NCBI GenBank assembly: GCA_012295275.1
Contig: CM022668.1
Coordinates: 2,356,001-2,420,000, forward strand
Length of the DNA: 64,000 nucleotides
Direction: 5' to 3'
DNA from: Chrysomallon squamiferum
Taxonomy: Eukaryota > Animalia > Mollusca
Shown: piece after piece, positions 1 through 14,512 of the stretch
Layout of the letters: each line of letters opens with the position of its first letter
Numbering within the stretch: position 1 is the first letter of the stretch
Made by a program: the position numbers and the translations under genes
Notes under the pieces: model-generated
What the model was told of the DNA's origin: nothing
What the model saw: the letters and a program-made list of their open reading frames with translations, nothing else
The model's database searches: none

Positions 1-125
1 CTTTCTACAGTCTACTGACAATCCAATGACAATCTACTGACAATCCAATGACACTCTACTGACAATCCACTGACAATCTACAAAAACCTACTGAAAATCC
101 ACTGACAATCTACTGACAGTCTACT
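1..125. repeat. Minisatellite of ~11-bp units (actgacaatct/cc)
   Basis: Directly visible tandem units. Confidence 0.8.
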
Positions 126-789
126 GGAAGTGTGCTTCATAAATGAGGTCTGATCTGGCAGCACAGTTCACAGAGATGCACTTGAAAAGACTGGGTTTTT
201 TTTATAATTTTTAATTGTTTTTTTATCATTTCAACTCCACACAGCTTTAAAAACTGAAATAAAAAACAAAATAAAAAATTAATTAGAGTTTTTAATGATA
301 ACTGGGGTACAGAGAGTGTGAGACAGTCAAACTGTCAGCGTGTGTTTTTAAAAAACTCGTAAAACACATGTGTAATATATTTCATTATCACACAGAGGCA
401 GTCAGTTCACAGGAACAGCAGAAATAAAAACATTCACTTTACTACAGGATAAATCTTTTAACTGATAGTGCAGCTAGTTCACTAGTTCTAGATCTAGATG
501 CTCACTAGAACCTGTAGATATCACTAACATACTAACTGTAGATACTAGGATCAAATCGTGCTAAGGATTCGTACACAGAAATAGTCTGTCAGATGTAAGA
601 TAATGATACTGACTTTTCTAACTTGCTAACATTAGTTTTTAACTGATGTCTAACATACTAACTTTAATGTCTAACATCTTAATTTTAAATGTTTTCTGTT
701 TTGCATTACTTCCAGTTAGCAAACTAACCTTTTTGGAAATATGAATGTTGTTTGAAGTAATGTTGTATGATGAACATATTAAAATTTTA

Positions 790-1256
790 TACACAAACAC
801 ACACATACACTCATCTCTACATACAAATAGATATATATAATACATGTATAAATGATTATATACAGACATACATATATACACATATATACACATATACACA
901 CACATACACTCATCTCTACATACAAATAGCTATATATATATAATACATGTATAAATGATTATATACAGACATACATATATACACACATATACACACATAT
1001 ACTCATCTCTACATACAAATAGATATATATAATACATGTATAAATGATTATATACAGACATACATATATACACACATATACACACATATACACACATATA
1101 CACACATACACACATCCACACAAAAACACACACACACACACATATACATATATATACACTACAAATAATTTAAAATAAATAAAATTAAACAGACATACAT
1201 ATATACAATCTTCTTTTTATTTTTTTTATTTTATACAGACAAATACACATATATAT

Positions 1257-1300
<44 letters not shown>
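790..1300. repeat. Three ~100-bp units with embedded CA/TA microsatellites
   Basis: actcatctctacatacaaatag...aatgattatatacagacatac recurs three times. Confidence 0.85.
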
Positions 1301-1304
<4 letters not shown>

Positions 1305-1702
1305 AAGATCTTTCAGAAGTAAATAACAATGAAACTCCCCAGAAACAGACACACAGAAACAAAGTGTGTCATTATTTTTTTATTTTAAAAAAAAAAATAA
1401 TATATAAAAAAAAGATCCCAAACCAAACAGAACACACAAAACAGTTATCAAAACAGGAAGAACAAAAAAAAAAAAACAGAAAGAAAAAAAAAAAAAAAAA
1501 GATGTACTTCTAACTTTATGGTTGATTTTGAAAAGGAGTTGCATAAAAAAAATAATAATAAAAAAAATAAAAACGTTTATGGGTTTTAGGAAGGTGGTGA
1601 AATGTTAGATTTAAACCCGGACTAGAGACTGTTTGTGTTTGTTTTGAATTTAGTTTTATCTAAGTTTTGAATTTTGTTAGTTTTATCTAACACTGGGCCA
1701 GA

Positions 1703-1872
1703 TTGTTGTTAAATACACCTTGTTAAACAAATACAGGTACAGGTTGTTAAATGCAATACAGGTACCCAGAACTGTTGTTAAATACAGGTACACAGAACTG
1801 TTGTTTGGTAAATACAGGTACACAGAACTTGTTAAATACAGGTAAATACAGGTACACAGAACTGTTGTTAAA
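1703..1872. repeat. ~26-bp minisatellite (ttgttaaatacaggtacacagaactg)
   Basis: Directly visible. Confidence 0.8.
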
Positions 1873-2307
1873 TGTTTCTATCTAGTTACCTATCTAGTTA
1901 ACTGCCTTTTTTTTTCTCTCTCTCACACCCTCTCTTTCTCTTTCTTTCTCTCTGTTTTTCCTTCCCTCACATTTTCTCTTTTTTGAGCATCTCAAAGTTT
2001 ATGCACAAATTGATGTAATGAAATTGACACAAGTTGTTTTTCAAAAAAGAAACAAAAAGACAAGACTAGCAGACTTTTAAAACAGATATAAAAAAGGGAT
2101 AGGGTTTATTTTGTCAGGTATATAACACACATACCCCACAATGTAGGAATGTATGCAGACATGTAGACATGTTTGCAAACTGTGAGATATTTTATACTTG
2201 TGTATTTCAAATGTCTGTCAAGTTGACCTTTTTTTATAAAGTTGCTGTAAAAATTTAAAAACATATTTGAGAATTTATTGAATAAATACTTCCATTTCTT
2301 TCTTATT

Positions 2308-2362
<55 letters not shown>

Positions 2363-2649
2363 CACAAACAAATACATACATGCATACATATATAAATAAA
2401 ATAAATAATTCTTATTTATATTCATTTTTAGTTGTTTTGATGGGTTAATGGATAAAAAAATCTAAATAAATATAAACATTTTTTTTTTTAGTTAATTCTG
2501 AGCAATAGAGAAAAAAGTGAATAGATATGAGTATTTTATTGCTATTTTGTTATTGTTTACATTTCACACTTAAAGATTTTTTTCACAATCAAAAAGAAAA
2601 TTTAATATTTTATAAAAAAAAAATATAAAAAATAAATAAAATTTTAAGC

Positions 2650-4200
2650 ATTTATATGTGAATTATATTTTTAGCAATCATTTTTTAATATTTAAATTTC
2701 ATGTAACAATATATATAGCAGAGATACCTTAATTAAATGAACATAAAATGTCTGAGTAAACATTCATATAAATATTTTTATCAGTTGTATCTTAATAAAT
2801 TTAAAATTTGACATAAATGTATTTTTGACAAATAATAATAAAAGTTTAATTTAAAAATATTCTAAAGAAGATTGTAATAATAGCTACAATTTAAAATTTT
2901 ATGTTAAAAAATATTTATGACAATATTTCACTCAAGAATTATATATTTTATGGAAACGTGATGAATTAATAAATAGAAAAAGTGTTTTGACATTTCATGT
3001 AATATATTTTTAGCAAAAATATCTTAATAAATATAATTTAAAATTTCATGCAAACATTTTTTTTAGCATGAATAGTTATCTTATCAAAAATAAATATTTA
3101 AAATTTGTTTTAATAAAATTTAATGTAAAATTTAACAAAACAATTTTTAACGAAAGTAGTTTTATAAATAAAATTAAAATTTCACATCAAAATAATCTTA
3201 CAGTAATATTCTAACAAATAAAAAGTTGAATTTCATGTAATAACATAATCTTCTTAATAAATACATATTTAAAATTTAATGTGAAATATTTTTAACAATG
3301 ATTTCTTAACTAATAAATATTAAATTAAGATATAAATGAAATTAAAATTTTATATAAATATATTTCTAACAGCAACTTAATAAATAAAATTAAGTGATAA
3401 ATGAAGTTAAAATTTCTAACATTAACATAATAAAAAAAATTAAAAACAAACTTATTGATTTTTCTAAACAGTATTTCTAAACTTGGTCTCTCTACTCCAA
3501 AAATATAAAATTTCTTGTAAACACATCTTTAATAAAAATATTCTGATAAGATAAACTTTCATGTAAAAATATTTTAATAAACATTTATAAAACCAAGTAC
3601 ATACTCTGATTTTTCAAAATACTTTTCTTATGTACAAAAATTTTCTGTAAAAATATATTTAGCCAAGATACCTTATTAAATAAGAATTTGTGTAAACATA
3701 TTTATAAAAAGAATTTAAGTAAAATCGAAAGTTTGATATAAACATTATTAACACACATATTTTAATAATGTAAAAATATTTTTATGGTGATAATTTGATT
3801 TAAATTTTTTTTTTTTTTTTTAAATATTGTGTAAAAATATTTTTAAAATGAAAATTTTATTTTAAATATTGTTAATTCTTTAAATATACTTTAAACAGGT
3901 GTATCTTACAAATTTAAAATTATACATATATTTTTGAAAAGATATCTTAAAAAATAGTAAATCAAATTTAAATGTCATATTAAAAAATTATTTTTGACAC
4001 AAATATCTTCAAAAATAATGAGCAAAAATTTAAAATTTTATATTAATTTTTTTTATTTTTGACAAAGATATCTTTAAAAATAATTTTTTTTTTAAAATTC
4101 ATGTTATAAATATCTTTAACAAAGATGTATTAATAAACAGAATCAAACTCATAAATGAAACCTATTTCATTAAAATTCCATGTAAAAGATATTTTCAGTG
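2650..4200. repeat. Highly degenerate AT-rich satellite-like tract (aaaatttcatgtaa core)
   Basis: The motif aaaatttcatg/ttttatg...atatttt recurs throughout. Confidence 0.5.
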
Positions 4201-4230
4201 TTTCACTCACACTTTTAGTATCTACAAATC

Positions 4231-4303
<73 letters not shown>

Positions 4304-4710
4304 CCACTGCAGTTTTTCTACATCAATTTTTTCCTTTCTCTTACATGCATTAAGTTGAGCGGAGTTGCACCTGGCAGTAAATGGTTTGCTCAGAGGCTGC
4401 TAACGTGCGTGTTTGTCTGATAACCAATTAGATTAATTGTTACAACACCACGGATTACTCTCTGCAGATGTGTACAAAGACCTGATTGGTCTTTCTCGTA
4501 TGAAGAAAGTGTTTGGTGTGTTTTGGTATAAAACTTTTTACATTTTTAATATTCTGTGTGTTTTAGTATAAAACCTTTTACATTTTTAATATTCTGTGTA
4601 TTTTATAGAACATTTTCAAAGTCACAGTATCTTCAGTTTTAATTTCTTCTTGTTTTTGTTGTTGTTACTGTCATCATCATCATCATCGTTATTATTATTA
4701 TTATTAATAC

Positions 4711-4741
<31 letters not shown>

Positions 4742-5607
4742 AAATTATTTTAAGATTTTGAGAGGTTAATGTTTTTTTTTTTTTTTTTTTTTTAGGATCT
4801 GTTTAAAAATAATTAATATTTGTTATTTAAAATTTTAAATTTATAAGGAATAAAAATTTTATTTCTAAATATTGAAAATGTTTCAGTAAATTGTTGATTT
4901 TTGTATAAGTCTTTAGAGTTTCTTTTTAAAATCCCTTTACAGTAACATATACATTTATTTATTTATTTATTTATATTTGAAAATACAATTTTTCTTCATT
5001 ATAATAAGTATAGTTTTTCAGATATAGAAGTGTTCAATAAATTTTTTTTTTTTAATAAATTTTTTTTATTATATATATAACAAATATATATTTATATATA
5101 TATATATATATATATATTTTTAATAAATTCTGAATTTGCATAAAGTACAGTTAAATACTTCCTTATTTTTACTTTTGGGAAATAATTGGATGGACATAAA
5201 AAGGGGAAGTTTATATTTAAATAAAGACAAAAGATTTGAAAACAGAACATCAATAAGGTCATTATCACACTGTCTGTACTTTCACCCACACTGTAAAGTT
5301 CACTGACTTCTGAACAAGCTGATGTGTACCTGTATTGAGTATCTGTGTCATGCACACCTACTGCATATCTCACCTGTACAGGTAAATGTCTTCATTTTAC
5401 TCAGGTGACCTCAACTGGTCAAGTGTCAGTTTGGTTTGTGACAGAAAACAGATGTCTGTACGTGTGTCTGTCAGGTGACTGTGTCAAGCTGACAAGAATG
5501 TTAGTGAAAACCTGCTAACTTGTTAACAAGACAAAACACTGCAGAGGAGGGCTCCTTTGTTTTTGTATGGATTTAATTTTCAAGATAAAATTAGTACGTA
5601 TACAGTA

Positions 5608-5945
5608 GTGTGTGTGTCTGTGTGTGTGTGTGTCTGTGTGTGTCTGTGTGGTGTCTGTATGTGTGTTTGTATGTCTGTGTGTGTTTGTATGTGTGTGTCT
5701 GTGTATGTGTGTTTGTATGTGTGTGTCTGTGTATATGTTTGTGTGTGTCTGTGTATGTGTTTATGTGTGTGTGTGTGTGTCTGTATGTGTGTTTGTGTGT
5801 GTGTCTGTGTATGTGTGTTTGTGTGTGTGGTGTCTGTGTGTGTCTTCTTGTATATGTGTTTGTGTGTATCTATGTGTGCATGTGTGTGTGCGTTTTTTAA
5901 TATATGTGTGTCATTATATGTGTGTGTGTGTGTGTCTATTTGTAT
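5608..5945. repeat. Imperfect (TG)n microsatellite; representative of many (CT)n, (CA)n, (TAA)n and (AAC)n tracts across the window
   Basis: Directly visible; other tracts at ~4235, 6940, 8390, 9567, 10220, 11020, 14436, 15540, 16450, 26470, 47600, 51428, 53875 and 55695. Confidence 0.95.
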
Positions 5946-6937
5946 GTTAACAGGTGTTTACTTGTGCCTATATACTTGTATATATGAGTGTGTGTGTTTT
6001 CAACATGTGTATATACTAGATAGGGAGATATATGTATGCTTTTGTGTATTTTTATGAATGTGTATATACACATATGTACAAGAAAATTCTTTGCATGAGT
6101 GTAGGAAATTTAGCTTTATCTTTCTTTGATCAGAAAATTGTTAATTCGAGTCTTTCATGGACACACCCTGTGATTTTACTTGAGAGTCATCAAAGATTTG
6201 TTTAATTATGTGAGACAAACAAGTCTAGAAAAACAAGTTAGATCACAGAGTGTCTGAAAAAAACCACACACACACACACACACAGACACACAAACACAAA
6301 CACACCCAAACACACACACACAAACACACACACACACACACACCAAAATGCAGTCTGTAACAAATTTACTACACAAGTGTTTGCTCAGTAACACAACAAA
6401 GTGCTAGGACTGGATTTAACACGAATTCAAACACACATCATCACACCTCCTCACTTTCTTATCAGTTTTTTCTAACACAGACAACAATTTATCATCTTGT
6501 ACAAGCAGTTAACAAGCATTTGTGAGTGCAAAGAGCAGATACTGCTGTTTTGTTTGTAACTCAAACAGAAAGGTATGCGAGAATGTTTGCTGATAGGTAC
6601 TTTAACTGTTAAAAGCTTTAAACAATGATGATGATGATGATAATGTTGATGAAGAAGAAGATGATACTGATGAAGATAACGATTATAATGATAATAGTGA
6701 TAATGATAATGATAATGGGGAAGATGATAATGATATGATAATAATGCAATATTTTTTCATTTTCTACTATTTGTTTATTTATTTAGTTTTCATGGAAAAC
6801 AAACATTTCATATTAAATTCCTAACTACATAGATTTCATACACACACATTCTCTGTTTTTTAATGTGTGAATCTTTCTTTCTCTATATATATCTTTTTCT
6901 CTTTCTCTCCCTCTCGCTATATCTCTCTCTTTGCCTT

Positions 6938-7026
<89 letters not shown>

Positions 7027-8384
7027 TACTCTCTTTCTCTCTCTCTCTGATAATTACATGGTATACAATACTGAAATATCATTATATGACAGCAGTGAAG
7101 CAAAGCGAAGTAATAAAAAGTACAAATGACACATGCACAGAATTAACAAACAACTTTTTACACGGTGCACATTTCACACACACATTATTTTTAACAAAAC
7201 ACCTTTCATATTTTAATAGTCCAGTGATTCTGATGAGCTCACAAGAAATAAAAGTAATATGAAAAGATTAAATAATTTCACTGATGTCAGCTTGTGTGGT
7301 GTTGTTTTTTTTGTAACAGATTTTTTATTTTTTTTTTGCATTCTAGATTGGAATTTCTTGTCTAGTAATCCCAGATTAAACTGGATTTGAAAATAATAAT
7401 AATTATTGATAATATAAATGAAGCTGTCATAACGATTATAATTAATCTTGACACACATAATACATCTTAATACACCTCCTTCTGAAATAATACACTTAAC
7501 AAAACAAATTAAGTAATAATGTTTGTGTCATTTTGATAGGTACTGTGTTTTGCATTCATCATATTATATTCAAATTTTCATCCACAAAGTGAAAAAATTT
7601 TGATATATATATATAAAAAAAATTCTGTCCTTTTTTGATCAATATTATTATCTACTTTACTGTAGTGTTCAATTTTCAAAGTTTCAAGGCTCAAGATTGG
7701 ATCTATTCTGTCTCTCTCTGTCTCTGTCTCTCTGTCTCTCTCTGTCTCTGTCTCTCATTCTCTGTTATTTCTAATCCTGTTTATTTAGTTACATTTAAAC
7801 ATGACTTTATTTTTCTTCTTATTCATTATTTTATACAGTAATTTTTAAGATAATTTTATTGCAATATCCCTAATTTTTTTTGTTCATTATATCTACTTAC
7901 TCCTTAACTGACAAGTAATTGTAAATATGTTTTTACTGTTTAATTCCAAACTTTTGTTTTTACAGAATAATTATTCATTCCCGTTTAAAAAACTTTAAAG
8001 ATCTATGATCTCTAATTTTTCTTGTTCAGTATACATTGCAGCTCTAGCAACTGTGCTGAAAAGTTACAAACTGTAACAGACACTTGTTACAAGAACAAGA
8101 CATTCAGCGAGTTAGAGATCAATAAAAACAATTAAACACAGCTCCTCATTAACATCCTTCGCCTTTGTTGTAATTCACTTCATATCACATTTCTCCCAGT
8201 CCAGTCAATTATTAACAATGTTGTAACAGATGTCGCGAGGGTGGGGTGCAGGCAGTCTCCATTTTACACTTGATACAGTTTGATTTCTCTATCTGTGGCA
8301 GATGCATTTAACTTTGTTTATTTGGTTGTTTTGTTGTTTGTGGAATTTTTAAAAATGTAATGTAAAATAATCAGATGTGTTCAG

Positions 8385-8481
<97 letters not shown>

Positions 8482-8946
8482 TATTTTCTTTCCATCTCTC
8501 TTGGTATCTTTTACCATCCTTCTTTCATTCTCCCTCTCCCATCTCTCATTCCACTTCTTCCTCTCAGACTTTGTCCATCTTTCATTCTTTTTGTCTTTTG
8601 TCTTTCTTTCTTCACATTAATACATTTTTAGATTTTGAATTATTTCATTGCTTACAAACAGTGAGAGAGAAAACTGTAAGGAAGAGACACAAAAAGAGAG
8701 AAACAAAACAGAAAGACAGACAGACACACACACACACAGACAGACCCCTGGAAAGAGAAAGATTAAAAGCAATATGTGATCCTTAGACACACAGAAAATA
8801 CAAAACAGAAAAACAACAAAATATAACAAAATAAACTACATATATATATATATATATCCTTAAACAACATGCTATCACAGAATTGAGGATATTTTAAATG
8901 TTATTTAAATTTTTAAGTTATTTTGAATTTACTGTTTGTGTTTCAG

Positions 8947-9039
8947 ATTTCCAGTGGCAGTTTTTACCTGTGAGTGTTTCTACTTTAGACATGGCTGCTG
9001 TCTGGACTCTTAAACACACAACTTCATAACTGGATCACA
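8947..9039 (+). other. Candidate 5'UTR exon of RAR (contains short uORF MAAVWTLKHTTS*)
   Basis: tgtttgtgtttcag acceptor and ACA|gtgagt donor bracket a less AT-rich 93-nt segment; no transcript support. Confidence 0.35.
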
Positions 9040-9330
9040 GTGAGTTTTACATAAAATATTTAATAATGTTATGTATTCAAACTGGATCACAGTGAGTTTT
9101 ACATAAAATATTTAATAATGTTATGTATTAAAACTGGATCACAGTGAGTTTTACATAAAATATTTAATAATGTTATGTATTAAAACTGGATCACGTTATG
9201 TATTAAGACTGGATCACAGTGAGTTTTACATAAAGTATTTAATAATGTTATATATTAAAACTGGATCACAGTGAGTTTTACATTAAATATTTAATAATGT
9301 TATGTATTAAAACTGGATCACAGTGAGTTT
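9029..9330. repeat. 52-bp tandem repeat containing CA|GTGAGT
   Basis: actggatcacagtgagttttacataaaatatttaataatgttatgtattaaa, ~6 copies. Confidence 0.9.
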
Positions 9331-9564
9331 GTATATGCCTGCCTTCCTGTCATTCTGCACATCTACCTAACTACTTATTTATCTACCTACCTTTTAACCT
9401 CTCTGTCAGCATGCCTCTCTACCTGTCTACCTGTTTACCTGTCTACCTGTATTACTATTTGTAATATCTAACAATACATTCACTGGTTTATAATATGTAA
9501 TATTATGTTTGTATTGTCACAAATCTCCACAGTTACACATTTAATTTAACATTTATTTTTCCCA

Positions 9565-9668
<104 letters not shown>

Positions 9669-10369
9669 TGCCAGTCCATGACAAATGAATAAGATGTTGC
9701 ATTTCCAATGCAACTTAAAAACTATTTTAAATTGAAATGTTTTTATGTTTGTGCATCAAGGTATGAAAAAACAACTCTGTATGCACTTGTCATACTTGTT
9801 CATTAACTTGTATTTTTAGTTATGAAAAGAGAGTTACATTTTTATTTTGCATTAGCAAAAATTCAGCTAGGTAAAACTTTTCTATATTATTTGTTACTAT
9901 TTGTTTATAAATGTGTAATATATGTATCTTTTTGTTGTCTGAATATTCACATAATAATATTTCTGTTATTTTATGTTTGTTTTAGTATAAAATATGATAA
10001 TTATGTTTCTATGTTGAATATTATTTGTGTTTTTAAAGTAACAATAGTTTTACATTGTTTTAGTTTGTAACATTTATTAATTATTTTATTGTTTCATCAT
10101 CTTATAGTCTTTTAAAACACTGTTGTACAATGTTTGTTTGTTGTAACTTTGTTTAACTTTCATATCTTTAATACAATCATATTTAGTAAACTTAGAATAT
10201 ATATAAAAAGACACAAGAGTCACATACACTCATACAGATACATGCACACACAAATACACACACACAAAAACACACATGCACACACACATACACATATGCA
10301 CACAAATACACATGCACACACATGCACACAAATACACACACACATGCACACACACACATGCACACACAT

Positions 10370-10402
<33 letters not shown>

Positions 10403-10667
10403 CACACACACACACATGCATTCTCACATAGACACGCCCCACCCCTGTACACAGGGGCTTGTGCTAGAGAGTTATTCAGAACTGAGACAGTTTTATCTGT
10501 TTAAAATTTTTCTAAAATTTTTAATGTCAGGCAAAGATCCCAGAGCTGTGAAAGTTCAGAACAGAGGGACTCAATGTCCAGAGTCAGTGTTAGAAATGAT
10601 TTATACTTTTAAAAATAGAATAAAACTTTATACAACATTTTAATTTTTAAATTTTAATTTATTTCAG

Positions 10668-10705
10668 AGTCTTCAAGACTTGACAACAATGAAGAAGTCT
10701 GATTG
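10668..10705 (+). other. Candidate 38-nt 5'UTR exon of RAR with upstream ATG (10689)
   Basis: tttatttcag acceptor, TG|gtgaga donor. Confidence 0.35.
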
Positions 10706-10766
10706 GTGAGATTATTACAAATATCTTCTTCTTCTTATTATTATTATTATATTTATTATTATTATA

Positions 10767-10805
<39 letters not shown>

Positions 10806-11018
10806 TATTATTACTGTTGTTGTTATTGTTGTTGTTGTTTAGCTCTTCTTGTTGTAGTTGCTACTATTACTCCTACAACTACTACTACAGATACTATCAA
10901 AACTACTACCATTGCTACTACTACCACTACTATTATTATAACAACTATTACTATACTATTACCACTATTAATATAACTGTATTTCTGTATTGTTATACAA
11001 TAGCAGTAATATTTGATA

Positions 11019-11141
<123 letters not shown>

Positions 11142-11497
11142 GTCTCTCTCTGTCATCTCTCTCTTTAAAAACAAACAGTCTATCCTGAGTACTCTCTCTC
11201 TCTCTACACTCTCAAATCTCTCTCTTCTTCAGCCAGTTTTCTGTCTCTCTCTGTCTCTCTCTCATACACACTGTCACACTCTCTGTGTCTCTCTGTCTCT
11301 CTCACATACATGTACTCTCTCTCTCTCTCTCAAACACACTCACTCTGACTCCCTCAACATCTCTGTATTTAAAAGCAAACAGTCTATCACTGTGTACACT
11401 GCCACATTTCACACACACACACACACACACACGTGCATTACAGACACTGTTTTCTGTGTTCCAGGCATGATAACCCCTGATGTGAAGGTAGAAAAAG

Positions 11498-11591
11498 ATG
11501 AACCACAACATGGGGACCCAGCCAATCGTCAGTGACCCTGGTCAGTGCCCCAACAGTCAGGAGGCTGCAGTCAACGCTGCCAGTCACCAAG
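11498..11591 (+). CDS. RAR: RAR first coding exon (exon begins 11465); [31 protein letters not shown]
   Basis: Acceptor tgtgttccag at 11464 and donor AAG|gtcagt. Phase 1 matches the next exon. GC-richer island. Confidence 0.6.
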
Positions 11592-11826
11592 GTCAGTCAG
11601 TTACCTCCCTTTGTCTATACTAAATATAGCTAACAGTGGATTCAGAAATGTATATACATACACACACATACACACATACACACATATACACATATACACA
11701 CATAAACACATATACACACATACACACACATATACACACACATACACATATGATTCCCTTTCTTGTAGATTTCTACAAGACATACATACACACACACAGA
11801 CATATATACTGATACAAACTCCCATG

Positions 11827-11883
<57 letters not shown>

Positions 11884-14433
11884 ATATAGTAAGGCAACCA
11901 CACAAAACATTATTTTGAGCAGTATATTTCATTATCACAAAGAAAGGACAAAAATGAAATATTCAGTTATCAAGGTAGTTCAGTCTGGTGAGCAGTTTTG
12001 ACCTAAACCAGGAAGTAACACAAAAAAAAAACACAAAAACAAAAAAAAACAAAAAAAACACAGAAAAAAACAAGATGATCAATACAAATTGAAAAAAACA
12101 ACTAATAATAATAAAAAATTTTTTCTAAAAACGTGACATTTTTTTAATGAAATCCTACTACTGATATGACACATATTAAATAAGTAACAGAATACGCTAG
12201 GTGATGAGGAAAAAAAAATAAATAATAAGACATGAAAGAAAGATTTAATCAATAGAGACAGAGACACTAGTAGGTTAAATATACTTGTGATGGTTTCAGA
12301 ACTGTATCAGAGGTTTGCTGTTAAGTCCATGCCAGGTATGTATAGTGTGAAGTATGAGCTGTATTGTACAGTGTGGTGTGAAGTATGAGCTGTATTGTAC
12401 AGTGTGGTGTGAAGTATCAGCTGTATTGTACAGTGGTGTGAAGTATCAGCTGTATTGTACAGTGTGGTGTGAAGTATCAGCTGTATTGTACAGTGTGGTG
12501 TGAAGTATCAGCTGTATTGTACAGTGTTTGTACATAGCTTTCTCTTTTAGTTTATTATATACAACTGTTTTGTTTTTAGAAATTATTATTACTGTTACTG
12601 TTGTTTTTGTTGTTATTGTTATTTTATTATTATTATTATTGATTATTATTGATATTATTATTTATTGTTACATATTGTTATTGTGATTGTTACCATAATT
12701 GTTATTATTATTTATTGTTATTGTTGCTTTTATTATTTATTGTTGTTGTTATTTTTTTAAATTCCTTTTATAAATTTCTTTTAGTTATATTTTGGCAGTT
12801 ATTATAGAAATCTTCATAAAATAATTTAAAAAATTATAATATATATAGATATAGATTTTTTTTTTCTTGATTATTTGCAGTAATATGCATATCAACTATA
12901 ATACTATATACATGAACCACTTGTAAAACATGTGTGATATATTAAATACAGGTAAAAATTTGGACTTAAATTGTCACATGTATTTTAACAATTACTTAAC
13001 AACACATTAATTGGTGACATGTGTTTTTAAAGATAATCATCAAAGTTTTCATTGAGTAATTGATTACTGTACAGACTTACAAACATACAAATGCAGGTAC
13101 ATAAACTGATTCACATAGTTGATAAATAAATATTTTTGTATATTTAAAAAAATTATTATTTATATAAGCACAAAAACAAATACATCTGAAAAAAACAAAA
13201 AGAGAAGACAATACACATTTGTCGTACACTTATATTAATCATACACATGCAAATGAAAATATACATCACATATAAATACACATACATCCAATCACACACA
13301 CATACACACACATATATCCAAATACACACACAAAGTATACCTGTTACATACACTGAAAGACACATATCAGGTACATATTACGACACATTTATAAACAAAA
13401 AGATACACAATACATACAATGATAGATATACACACTGAAACTTAGAATTAACTGACATATCAGAGTATTGATCTGTCATGATTTACAGTGTCACAGCTGT
13501 AACCTCGACCTACATTTCCTACACTGGTCGATATCTATATATATATATATATATATGCTGTCTGTGTATGTGTCTGTAGTCTGTATACATGTATATACAT
13601 ACATACATGCACACATACAAACATACACACATGCATTCGGGCATGAAAAAGTAAAAAATAAAAATAAAATATCAAAAAAATGAAATGAAATATAGCAGTT
13701 AATGACAGATAGATAGACACATATAAACAGAAAATAAATAAAAATAAATAATAAATAAATAAAATGAATAAATAAATAAATAAAAGAACAGAAATATAAT
13801 GTAGTAATGAAAATAATATTGGAATAATTAAAAATTAAAAATAAAATGACAATAAAATAAGTAAAATATATTTAAATAAATATGTTTACACAAAACCAAA
13901 AATAAAAATTAAAATATATTAAATCTTAATTTCACAACTGCATACATTTGGTTCCTTCTGATTTATTAAAATTAATATCTTTGGAATTTTGAAAAAATAA
14001 ATAAATAAAATAGTTGATTTGTATTATAAAGCAATATATGTCACAATCAAAACCAAAAATCTTAATTACAGATAACTAATTTTTTTCTGTTGGATAATTA
14101 GAAATTTATTTGTTGCTGTGAAATCTTTTTTATTATATGAAAACAATAAACTAAAAGACCAATGATGTTTTTGATTTTTAAAAATTACGTTCTGAAAATG
14201 AAAAAGAAATTATATATATATATAAAAATTTTATTTTTTCAAAAGTAATTTTAATTTGTGTATATGTTAATGTGTGTCTGTTTGAGTGTGGTGTTTTATG
14301 TGTAATTTATAATAAATGAAAATTTAATTATTATGAAACTGTCAAGCTACATCAGAAATTGAAACCATTTGCTTTTTTTAATGATAATTTTAAATTGTGT
14401 GTGTGTTTCTGTTTGAGTAAATGTTTTGTCTGC

Positions 14434-14512
<79 letters not shown>

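Noticed and set aside
5250-5495. Cluster of AGGTCA/AGTTCA/TGACCT half-sites upstream of RAR
   Set aside because: I could not find a canonical DR/IR spacing; single half-sites are expected by chance.
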